In this document: positions 24,440 to 33,644 of the stretch, in pieces | Layout of the letters: every line of letters begins with the position of its first letter | Numbering within the stretch: position 1 is the stretch's first letter | Origin: Perkinsela sp. CCAP 1560/9 | Taxonomy: Eukaryota > Protista > Euglenozoa: Kinetoplastea | Assembly: GCA_965644495.1 (NCBI GenBank) | Contig: CBFFSA010000010.1 | Coordinates: 434,001-498,000, forward strand | Reading direction: 5' to 3' | DNA length: 64,000 bases | Notes under the pieces: model-generated | Told to the model about the DNA's origin: nothing | Database searches by the model: none | What the model saw: only the letters and a program-made list of their open reading frames with translations | Made by a program: the position numbers and the translations under genes

Positions 24440-25271
24440 GACTTATCCCTTAGTACTTCGTGACGCCCCCTTTCGCCTTGATTACAGCCTTCATTCGTCG
24501 AGGCATGCTTTCTACCACAGAGCAACACAGACTTTCTGGAATTTTAGCCCATTCTTCTTGGGCCCACTTCCAGAGTTCCAAAATTCCTGTTGGTGCGTTG
24601 CAACGACCTGCAATCGCCCTTTTGAGGTGATTCCAAATGTTCTCAATGCGATTGAGATCGGGGGACAGCGGAGGCCACTCCAGAAGCGTTTACGACTCAT
24701 CAGCAAAGAAGTTCTTTGCCGATTTGCTCGTATGCTTCGGATCGTTGTCCTGTTGAAAAATCATAAGATCTTTCTTCAGGCCAAGGTCTTCTAGAGAAAT
24801 TTCAAGATTGTCGCGAAGAATGCGAACGTATTGTTCTGCATTCATGTTACCATCAGCAAGAACGATCTTCCCTACACCAGTAGGTGCCATGCAGCCCCAT
24901 AGCATGATGGACCCCCCTCCGTACTTGACTGTCCCACGGGTGGTCCTGTCACTCAAACCTTTCCCTGGAGACTTGTAGACCCAATTGTCCCCCACATTCT
25001 CGAAGCGACAAAGCTTTGTCTCGTCCGACCATAACACCTTTCACCAATCTGCGAAGGTCCAATGCTGGTGTCGGAAAGCAAACTTTAGTCACAGTTTCTT
25101 TTGACGTCGAGTAAGCTTCGGCTTTTTTATACGTTTACCGGCTTGTAGCCCATTTGAACGCAGAGCATTGCGAACTGACTGGGGAGTTAAATTAGTGATA
25201 CGCTCTTCTCGGAGTCTCCGGCTTACAGTGCCAGCGTTCTTTTCGTCACCGCATACAATGAGAAGTTTCAA
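24440..25271 (-). mobile_element. Tc1 transposase pseudogene
   Basis: LWSDETK, TVKYGGGSIMLWGCM, FQQDNDPKHTSK and WPPLSPDLNRIENIW. Confidence 0.92.
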
Positions 25272-25519
25272 GTAACTCCAATGTTTTTTTGCGGCAAAAC
25301 CTTAACGAAAGAGGTTAAAAGGGGCAATACATGATCGAAACGGTTCTTACCCTGAAGCGGCAATTATTTTACCCCCCCCTCTCTCCCAGCATTGGTAGTA
25401 CTCAACCCTCCTCTCTTTTACCTTCCTTTTCTCCTCTTTTCCGCAACTCTTCACTCTAAAAAAACGCCCCCTCCCCTCCACCCCATGCCCCCCCTTCCCC
25501 TCCCCCTCGTGCCTCCCCC

Positions 25520-26851
25520 ATGATCCCCCCCTCCTCCCCCCGGCCCCCCCTCTACCACTCCGCCGGGCTCGCGCTCTGCATCCTCCCCCCTCTCCTTCTC
25601 CTGCTTTTTCTTTTTTTTCTCTTCCCCTCTCCAAGCCTTCCCCCCCTCCCTCTCCTCCTGGCCGGGTACGCCGCCCTCTGGGCCTCCCTACTCTCCCTGT
25701 TCCAAATGCTGCAGCATCTCGAGGCCTTCCACGCGCCGAACAAACAAAGTAAAATCCTCCGAGTACTCTTCATGGTCCCCGTCTACGCGGTGATCAGTTT
25801 CGCGAGTCTCGGGCTCCCCGCCGCCGCGCGGGTCCTCGATTTAATCCGTGACGCCTACGAGAGCTACGCGCTGTATAACTTCTTTACGCTCATGGTGGAG
25901 CTCCTGGGGGGCGCGGAGACCTTGCTGGGGTGTCTGCAAACCACCAAGAGGCCCCCGCTGCGGCATTATTTTCCTTTTCACTACTTTTTTAACCCTTTAA
26001 GGCTCACCCCGTCGTTTCTACGGGTCTGCCATTTCGCGGTGTTTCAGTTTATGGTGCTGAAACCGCTGTGTACGGCAGCGGTGCTGGTGCTGGAGGCCGG
26101 GAGGGTGTACCGCCCGACGATGGAGGTTACCAAAGGCTATTTCTGGATTAGCCTTGTGGTGAATGGCAGCGTCACGGTGGCCTTCACCGCGTTGGTGTAT
26201 TTCTACCGCGCCACACGGGACTGGCTCGCGGGGCAACGCCCCCTGGGGAAGTTTTTGTGCATTAAGAGTGTGATTTTTCTCTCCTTCTGGCAAGGGGTGT
26301 TTTTTGAGCTGTTACACGCGCTCGGGCTGTTGCCGTCGTTCGGGTACTGGACGGATTCTGAGGTCGCGATGGGGCTGCAGGATTTCTGTATTTGTATCGA
26401 AATGCTGTTTATTGCGTTCGCGCACAGGTTTTGTTTTAGCTGTGAGGAATATATCCCGCGGGAGGACTTGCGAGGGGTGTGCGAATATTCGTATCTGCCG
26501 GGTTCCGCGGATACGGAGGCGCAGAGCTTACGGCGCTATGGTCCTCAGCCAAGGGAAGGTTCCGTTAATGCCTCCGGTAGTTCGACGATTCCCATTGAGG
26601 GAGAGGGAAATAGCGCACAGGATAATAATCCAGGTTCAGTCGGTTTGGCGTATTTGCTGGGACAGCCAGTCGCGCAGGTGGGTGTAGTGTCCACCTCGAG
26701 CGCCACAGCGGAGGGTGTACAGGAACCAGTAAATGACAGGGCCAACAGACAGCAGCAAAGAAAAAGAGGGAGTCTCTCTAAGAATTTAGCGTACACGATT
26801 CGGCATGAGGATTTGTTGCGAGAGGTGCAACGTATGTGGAAAGGAAGGTAA
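25520..26851 (+). CDS. TMEM184 / organic solute transporter alpha family membrane protein
   Basis: ILRVLFMVPVYA, RDAYESYALYNF, KFLCIKSVIFLSFWQ and LQDFCICIEM, with multiple TM segments. Confidence 0.92.
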   Translation: MIPPSSPRPPLYHSAGLALCILPPLLLLLFLFFLFPSPSLPPLPLLLAGYAALWASLLSLFQMLQHLEAFHAPNKQSKILRVLFMVPVYAVISFASLGLPAAARVLDLIRDAYESYALYNFFTLMVELLGGAETLLGCLQTTKRPPLRHYFPFHYFFNPLRLTPSFLRVCHFAVFQFMVLKPLCTAAVLVLEAGRVYRPTMEVTKGYFWISLVVNGSVTVAFTALVYFYRATRDWLAGQRPLGKFLCIKSVIFLSFWQGVFFELLHALGLLPSFGYWTDSEVAMGLQDFCICIEMLFIAFAHRFCFSCEEYIPREDLRGVCEYSYLPGSADTEAQSLRRYGPQPREGSVNASGSSTIPIEGEGNSAQDNNPGSVGLAYLLGQPVAQVGVVSTSSATAEGVQEPVNDRANRQQQRKRGSLSKNLAYTIRHEDLLREVQRMWKGR

Positions 26852-27416
26852 GGCGACGTAGCAAAAGGGCCATACACTTAGATAAGGATGTGGTCCGACG
26901 AGGCGTCGAAAGTGGTGTTGCAGAGTACGAAAAGGTGTAATCCATGTTTTCGTCGGGCTCAACGCCTCTGCGCAGGCCTACAGCGCACTTACAACACACA
27001 AAGCAAAAATTCCCGTCTTGTGAAAGAAGGAACATGGAGAAACACGTTTTGGCATGTTGCTTGATGGGGTAATCTAGTATGATGTGTCAGGTGGTGCTGC
27101 TCTAGGGTGATTTTCGCTTAAAGCGCCATTAATTGGAAGTCTTCCAAATCTTTTTATTATTTCACAACCCCTCCAAACAGACCTCCGCATAAAATGCGTG
27201 TAACCCGGGGCTGCAAGAACCTCTGTGTGAGAAGGGTTCATTCGGGAATCCTTTATCTAGATGAATAAAATACGGTACTCCCCCATTTACGATAATTACG
27301 GTCATAATGGTATGTTACGGTCATAAGCCGTTAACTCAATTTATGCTATTTGAGTACACCAAGTGTTGTCACGGCATTTACGTCTTCGTGTTTACTTACA
27401 ACAACTTAGGGGGACA

Positions 27417-28394
27417 ATGTACCTTTACCTCTCTATTGAACTTTGTAGCTCTGTAAGAAGTAACATTATGAACCGGCTCACATGGCGTGTGTTAACGGCG
27501 GATACGTATAAAGAGGAATCAAGTCACTATCCACGACGTGGCAAAGTACGGGGTGCTATGCTCTCTCAAGAAATACTAATGGCTCAGTTCATCTCAAAAA
27601 TGAAAACCTCTATGATTATGAACTTTGACCAAAGTTCACCTTGTTCGTGGAGCGGCGTGCACTGTAATTTGAGTAAAGAGGTTGTCAGGGTGGAGTGGAT
27701 GAGCAAACATCTAGCAGGCAATGTGTCCTGGGAATATCTTCCCTCTACTGTCGCACTACTGCGTTTAGGAAATAATGCGCTTACAGGACTTCTTCCAACG
27801 ATGAATCTTCCACGTAATCTTACGAATATAAACATTCAGTCGAATGATTTTTTCGGTGATCTTGACGTAGGCTCTCTTCCAAATTGCATGGCTCAGTTCT
27901 GGTCAGCCAAAACACATTTTTCTGGCATTCTCGACTTGACATCACTCCCCCCCCTCTTGGAAACATTTTCCGCGCGAAATAACCGATTCATGGGAGCGTT
28001 AGACTTAACAATGCTCCCATCGAATCTCTGCTACCTGTACTTGCAGAATAACACTTTTACTGGGCGCGTGGATCTGACCCGACTTCCTAACAGACTTTAC
28101 TCTTTGCACTTATCGGAAAATGCACTGGATGGTGAACTAGACTTACGAAGTCTTCCATCTAGATTAAACTCGCTTCTTTTAAGCTTTAACTGTTTCACGG
28201 GAGAAATCGTACTAAGTTCCTTGCCATCCACGTTGACAGTGCTCGAACTCAACGGGAACGCATTTACAGGACCGATAGATTTTAGTTCTCTTCCTGGTTC
28301 GCTGATCGATTTGGCAATTCTAAACAACAAATATGAACTGAAACCTTCCTTACCCTTACCTGCCTGCGTTCAAATTACTACAAATCAAAAATAG
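27417..28394 (+). CDS. 23-aa LRR family protein (start uncertain: ATG 27417 or 27468)
   Basis: TAD...RRGKVRGAMLSQEILM motif, PCSWSGVHC cap and about 9 LRRs. Confidence 0.92.
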   Translation: MYLYLSIELCSSVRSNIMNRLTWRVLTADTYKEESSHYPRRGKVRGAMLSQEILMAQFISKMKTSMIMNFDQSSPCSWSGVHCNLSKEVVRVEWMSKHLAGNVSWEYLPSTVALLRLGNNALTGLLPTMNLPRNLTNINIQSNDFFGDLDVGSLPNCMAQFWSAKTHFSGILDLTSLPPLLETFSARNNRFMGALDLTMLPSNLCYLYLQNNTFTGRVDLTRLPNRLYSLHLSENALDGELDLRSLPSRLNSLLLSFNCFTGEIVLSSLPSTLTVLELNGNAFTGPIDFSSLPGSLIDLAILNNKYELKPSLPLPACVQITTNQK

Positions 28395-28749
28395 ATCTCA
28401 GACCAACGTAATACGGGAATGCAACCGTTCAGCTTCAAAGTCAGTATTCTAATTCAGTCTGTATTTTGGTTCTTTTTCTCAAAACAATTACTCTGTTCTA
28501 AAACAAGTTTGTTACGAAATTCTTTCGGTTTTATCCGGGGTTCGCGGATTTTAAAACTTTCAAGAAAGTACTTTAAAGTTACTTTATTTTTTTTCTAAAA
28601 ACTTTCAAAAACTTTTTTTCATCGTATACTTTAGAATCGCAGAATTTTCTTTCATCATGATTTTGATTCGCCTGTATTCATTACAGTTTGTTAGTAGGCC
28701 TCTATACAATACACGATATTCTTTTTTCTGATGGAAAAGCGCACCCGGG

Positions 28750-28910
28750 TTTTTGTAAAGAATTCTTTGCTCAAGTACCTCGTGCAGAGGGCGACAAGCA
28801 GATGGTGTAATGCAAATTGTGTCTTGAAAATAGCAAAAAACGTTTTTTGACGGCAAGAGGTCTACAGACCGATTACATATCGGCAGAAAGGCATCTTCGA
28901 AAGCACGATA
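28750..28910 (+). mobile_element. Degenerate BED-type zinc-finger fragment (hAT-like N-terminus)
   Basis: Reads EFFAQV...MV*CKLC...RHLRKH with an internal stop. Confidence 0.5.
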
Positions 28911-29367
28911 AAAGCTATGATGCGTGGTGCACGGAACAAAGGGTGAAATGCCGCCGAGAAAAGAGGAGTCCAAAGCATACAGCTTATCGGTGATCTTAAG
29001 CATAGCTATAAGGTGGCTCGGGAGGGTGGTTGGAAGGGGGGTGGGGGTGGCTGGGCAGGTGGGGGTAGCTGGGCGGGAGCAAATGGCGTGGTTGTCGGGC
29101 TGGCTGGACAGAAAATCAACGCACTCATGAACAAAAAAGGTCTTTCCCCACCAATAAAACATACCCCCCCCCCAGTAACAAGGATTTGGTCATTTTGGCC
29201 CAAAATCGGTTCTATTACTCGGGGGGGGGGGTATACGGTAGGAAACAAAAATATAAGATAGTCAGGGAGGAGAAAACATGTATGTCGGGGGTCTAACAGT
29301 AGTCTATATGTGAATGGTGTAGTGGGTACCACACATTCATATATGACTCATACATTGTAGTTATTAC

Positions 29368-30210
29368 ATGTCTATGTCATTTCAAATCCTCAGAAAAGCT
29401 GCACTTGCAGATTCAACCTGCACGAGAACACGTCTGGGTAAAGTGCGAGGAGCCATCCTCTCACAAGACATACAAATGGCACAATTTATTGAGAATCTTG
29501 AGCCAAAGCCAGGAATTACCAAGAATATAACACGGGCATGTTTATGGGTCGGTGTCGCTTGTAATTCCGATGATGAAGTCGTATCCATCATTTGGTCGTC
29601 CATGGTAGTAAGGGGTAATCTTACCTGGAGCAGCCTACCCCACACTGTGAGCAATATTCGTGTGGGAGGTAATAGGCTTAGTGGAACTGTTCCGGTTGCT
29701 GCACTTCCCCCTAAACTCACTTATTTAAACCTTCAATATAACCCCTTTCATGGAGCCTTTGATGCCGGATCCCTCCCCGAAGAGTTCGAAGAACTTTGGT
29801 CATCTGGAACAAAGTTTTCCGGTGAGCTTGACCTGACGGCACTTCACCCTTCTTTAAAAGTGTTTTCTTTGCCTCAGAACTGTTTTTCGGGAAGCATAAA
29901 TTTAACTTTGTTGCCCGCAGCGCTACTCAAACTCTATCTTCAAGGAAATAGATTCGTTGGGAGCGTGGACTTAACAAATCTTCCGAAGCAACTGGAAATT
30001 TTATTCCTGTCACAGAATAGGCTTGATGGTGAGTTGGAGTTTCGAAATCTTCCGCACGCATTACGTATGCTAACTCTTAGGGACAACGCATTTACTGGGA
30101 AAGTATGGTTTGATACATTGCCTTCAGCCATGCGTAATCTGGATTTAAGTGGAAATAAACATAATTTGCACGTTCAGTCCGCGTCGATTCCAAATTGTGT
30201 CAAATTGTGA
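29368..30210 (+). CDS. 23-aa LRR family protein (LSQDIQM subfamily)
   Basis: LADS..TRTRLGKVRGAILSQDIQM motif. Close to the genes at 52411, 55324 and 59426. Confidence 0.93.
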   Translation: MSMSFQILRKAALADSTCTRTRLGKVRGAILSQDIQMAQFIENLEPKPGITKNITRACLWVGVACNSDDEVVSIIWSSMVVRGNLTWSSLPHTVSNIRVGGNRLSGTVPVAALPPKLTYLNLQYNPFHGAFDAGSLPEEFEELWSSGTKFSGELDLTALHPSLKVFSLPQNCFSGSINLTLLPAALLKLYLQGNRFVGSVDLTNLPKQLEILFLSQNRLDGELEFRNLPHALRMLTLRDNAFTGKVWFDTLPSAMRNLDLSGNKHNLHVQSASIPNCVKL

Positions 30211-30459
30211 AATCTATTCTAGTTACTACCGCGTTACTTTAAAAAATGCTTCAAAATGGTGTCCGGGATTTTTTAAAAGAATGGGTTTTCCAAAACACGG
30301 AACCTAGGAGGAAAGATTGTTAAACGCGTTTTTAAAAAAAAAGAAATACAAAAACATATCGTATTGTCTGTTTAACCGCATACAATGCAAAAAAAAGAAA
30401 TATTTTTTAGTAGTTTCCACGGAAAAGTTAAAATGTTAGATTTGTTCCGGCAAAATTAC

Positions 30460-30710
30460 CCCCACCGGGTCTGCGAGCTCTCGCGTCGGGACAAGAACAA
30501 GCGCACACCCTTTTATCTCACCCCCAAAATGTGCTGGGTGATTGCAAAACCGTAACCCCCGTTTGACCATGCCTTCCCCGTCCATCACCAATAAGATCTC
30601 GTCCCCGAAGTAGAGGCTCAAATGTTTGGCTTTGAATCTCCGTCGTTTGGTTCCAGCCGATTAATTCACACTCCCGAATGAGAGCCGGGAAAAGATCCAA
30701 TGACTCTCGC
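30460..30710 (-). pseudogene. Frameshifted DEAD-box helicase N-terminal fragment
   Basis: Q motif (GWNQTTEIQSQT...LRGRDLIG) and motif Ia (ALVLVPTRELA). Confidence 0.75.
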
Positions 30711-30809
30711 TTTTTGCCGGAGTATAAAAAAACGAACGAATTCAGGCAAAGGGGTAGAAGTCAGATAAAAATGAGGAATGTGAAAAATATAATGGGAAAT
30801 TTTCGTAAT

Positions 30810-31390
30810 TTACCATTCATGAAAAGTAGATAATCCATTATTTTTGGTGGAATCACCCTCTTTTTCCCCCAAAAGAAAATCCTTATTCGTTAAGTTCTTT
30901 TGTTGTTTCGTAGTAAGGATTAAGCGCGGATTGCAGATATTCATGTAAGCTTCCGTATCAATCTTTATAATGATTTTGGGTTTGGTACGGAATATCTTGT
31001 GAAAAAGTTTGCACGTGACCCCTGCGTAGCCTTCTTTACCGCTCCATACGACAAATGGCGGCAAAAGACCCCCGTCCAAGGAAATTGCAACTACTGGAGT
31101 TGCGCTACGCTTTTCATCTTTCGAATTACTTGTTCTCCCGCAAAAGATTCCTCACGCTCGGCGAGACCGTTGCTGATTAGCTTTATCTTTTACTTGATCT
31201 ACAAGATATTTTGTATTTGCATCATTAATAATCAAACCCGTCACGGTTTCGCGAAGTGAAGACCAAAGTAGACATTTCTCAACCGGTATTCCATAAAAAA
31301 GGAGCTCCTCAACAATCCTTGTAATCAAGCATTTGTAAGGATGGAGCATGCACGGACGTTGATCGTCTTTGCGCAAGGGAAGCATCAACC
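30810..31390 (-). mobile_element. Degenerate pogo/DDE_1-like fragment
   Basis: DGGLLPPFVVWSGK resembles the pogo motif DGxxLPPxxIFKGK. Confidence 0.55.
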
Positions 31391-31519
31391 CCCACAGTTA
31401 TTATTTACATGTAAATAATACGAATATGTAAATAATAACTGTGTTCGTAAATACTACGTGTATTTTACACTTAGTATTTACATTGACAATAGTGTCACTG
31501 CATTAAAAAGTAGGTGCAT

Positions 31520-31828
31520 TCAAAACCAAAAAAGGCCCACTAAAAACATACCGCAAAAGGCGAAGATAACATGCTCATAAATAACAGTAAACCTGTCCAC
31601 GCACCATCTTGCTATGCCTCCGAGTTTCGGAATCACCACAACACGAGTTCTTCTCACCGTTTCAACAGCCTTCAATATGAAAGGAGTGTACTTTGCAAAG
31701 AATCGGTGCTTTTCGGTAGACGAACGGACCTGGTCAAGCTTAATACACAATTCTTCAATCTCGTCAGGAACCACTTTTTTAGTTTGTCCAAGCAGCACAG
31801 TAGCTGCGACTCTAGATTCCGGAGCCAA
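31520..31828 (-). mobile_element. hAT-like fragment
   Basis: PKLGGIARW matches PKLGGVTR of the 23-kb hAT. Confidence 0.6.
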
Positions 31829-32178
31829 GCGTCAGGGCAGTTTTCTCGTAGAACTTAGCATGACAGTTTCAACATTATTTCGGCGCTACTAGCACCATAT
31901 TCGAAGCGAACCAGTGAATTTGAATGTGTTTTCCCCCACACAGGAGGATGCACGAAAATCTAGGGGGTCTAAAATTTGTAAAACTTATCGAGTTTTGGAA
32001 AATAGCACCGGATTCGAGAGCTCATTAAACATTGAACATTCGCTTGAGGAAGTTCATGAGTTCGTCGCCATCAGAATGGTGTTCCCATAACGAAAGAACA
32101 TAGGCCACTTTGAGCCTATCTTTGGGGAAGGATTTGTTCAGTTATTCAAGTCCTTTACTTCTTTATTACTCAAATTCT

Positions 32179-33086
32179 GGTTAAATTAAAGCAAAATTCG
32201 CCTTTTTTTAAAAAAAGTTTTTTTTTTGCGGTTTTCAAAAATTTTGTGCAATGAAATCAACACTTTCCGCTTCTAGTTTTCTACTTAAATACTTGGACAA
32301 GACTTATAAATGAATACAATGACAATGATCTTGTAGATTCTGTAGGATGCGCAGCATTACATCGCCGCCATTGTACCGTAGGCTGCCGTTGCATTTTTCA
32401 GCATTGGCTTGCACACGATCTGCCCGTTTATCCTTTTTCCTTCCTAATACGTTTCCTTCTCGATTAAGTCTCTTCTTCGCCACCGAATTCGCGCACTCCA
32501 CAGTGTTCGTGTGGACACCCTCTTCTGTTATCCATTCTCGGCGGTGGTTCACGCTATTCATCATCCCATCCATCCATTGCCTTAGAGACACAATGGTCTG
32601 CTGACTAAGTTCTGTCTCCGCTGCCGAATCCGCATGTCGTCCACCACGAGCGTACAAAATTATGTACTTTAATGTTTGCTTTGCACTTCTTTGTGCCCTT
32701 CCAGGTACGAGAGGTCCTAAGGTGGCGTACATTCCTTTGCATTTTTTAGTACACCTCCATTTCCCGTCAGTGACGTGCATAGTATAGGGCGCCTTGTGTA
32801 GTCTTTTATAACATACAACCTTCTGAGCCACCAACTTATGGGTTCTTAACCACTCCCTGCATTTCGATTCGCTCCACACAGAAACTTTGCTCAAAGTGAG
32901 ATTTCCTCGGCAAGCGAAACCGTTGCATCCTTTACAGGGCATGTGTTGGAGTTGAGGAGTCTGAATCTGAAAAATAAAGGAAAAAGTGGAAATACGTGAT
33001 ACGATACAAAAAAAGATACAATTATTTTTAGTGGGGACGACTTTACTTTTTTTTTCAAAAAAGGCGAATTTTGCTTTAATTTCACC
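32179..33086 (-). mobile_element. Internally deleted Merlin element with TIRs and a perfect 8-bp TSD
   Basis: TIRs GGTTAAATTAAAGCAAAATTCGCC / GGCGAATTTTGCTTTAATTTCACC. TSD CAAATTCT at 32171-32178 and 33087-33094. The ORF has CKGCNGFAC and GVHTNTVE but lacks the VDET region. Confidence 0.93.
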
Positions 33087-33137
33087 CAAATTCTTAAGCA
33101 ATACATCAGATTTTATGTTTCACTTCGTATAAGTATT

Positions 33138-33510
33138 TTGTATAAGTACAATTTGCCCTATGCATTTTTTGGCCGTCATCCTCATTTCACAAACACTTCC
33201 GGGAGCTCAACGTCACGTGCGGCAAAGGTAAGGGGCGCATTTCTTCCACAGGAATACGAACTTGAAAAGTTTATTAGCGATGTCGAAAGCCCACATGAGT
33301 CGTCGAGCACTGCCACACCTGCATATGCGTGGGATGGAGTGGTAGGCAATGACGAGGGGGAAGTTATTGTCATTGCTTGGTATGGTCGAAAATTGTGTGG
33401 GACATTGCATTGGGAACATACACGATCTGTAAAACGTTTGGATGTTTCCAACAATGCGTTGAGTGGCACTGTCGATTTTTCTTTATTGCCTCGAAGTTTG
33501 GAGAGATTAT
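33138..33510 (+). pseudogene. LRR gene truncated at the SL/retroelement junction
   Basis: AKVRGAFLPQEYEL motif, cap and one LRR, ending at LPRSLERL|. Confidence 0.88.
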
Positions 33511-33590
33511 AAAGATCATAAAGATTATAAAGATTTATAATGATTATACTTATAATCATACTTATAAAGATTATAAAGATCATAAAGATA
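33508..33590 (+). repeat. Reiterated (T/C)ATAAAGAT units derived from the SL 5' edge
   Basis: TTATAAAGATCATAAAGATTATAAAGAT...; the last unit runs into the SL core. Confidence 0.85.
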
Positions 33591-33609
33591 CAGTTTCTGT
33601 ACCTTGTTG
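33584..33609 (+). ncRNA. SL exon remnant at the 5' boundary of the retroelement
   Basis: AAAGATACAGTTTCTGTACCTTGTTG. Confidence 0.82.
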
Positions 33610-33616
33610 TCTTTTG

Positions 33617-33640
33617 TACTAACTGTTATCACCCCTACAG
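33617..33640 (+). promoter_or_regulatory. Putative branch point and 3' splice acceptor immediately before the retroelement ATG
   Basis: TACTAAC at 33617-33623, CCCCTACAG ending at 33640 and ATG at 33645. Confidence 0.5.
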
Positions 33641-33644
33641 GGGC

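Noticed and set aside
33540-33644. Hydrophobic N-terminus (MIILIIILIK...) of the 1609-aa ORF as a signal peptide
   Set aside because: It is a translation of the ATAAAGAT repeats and the SL remnant. The plausible start is ATG 33645.
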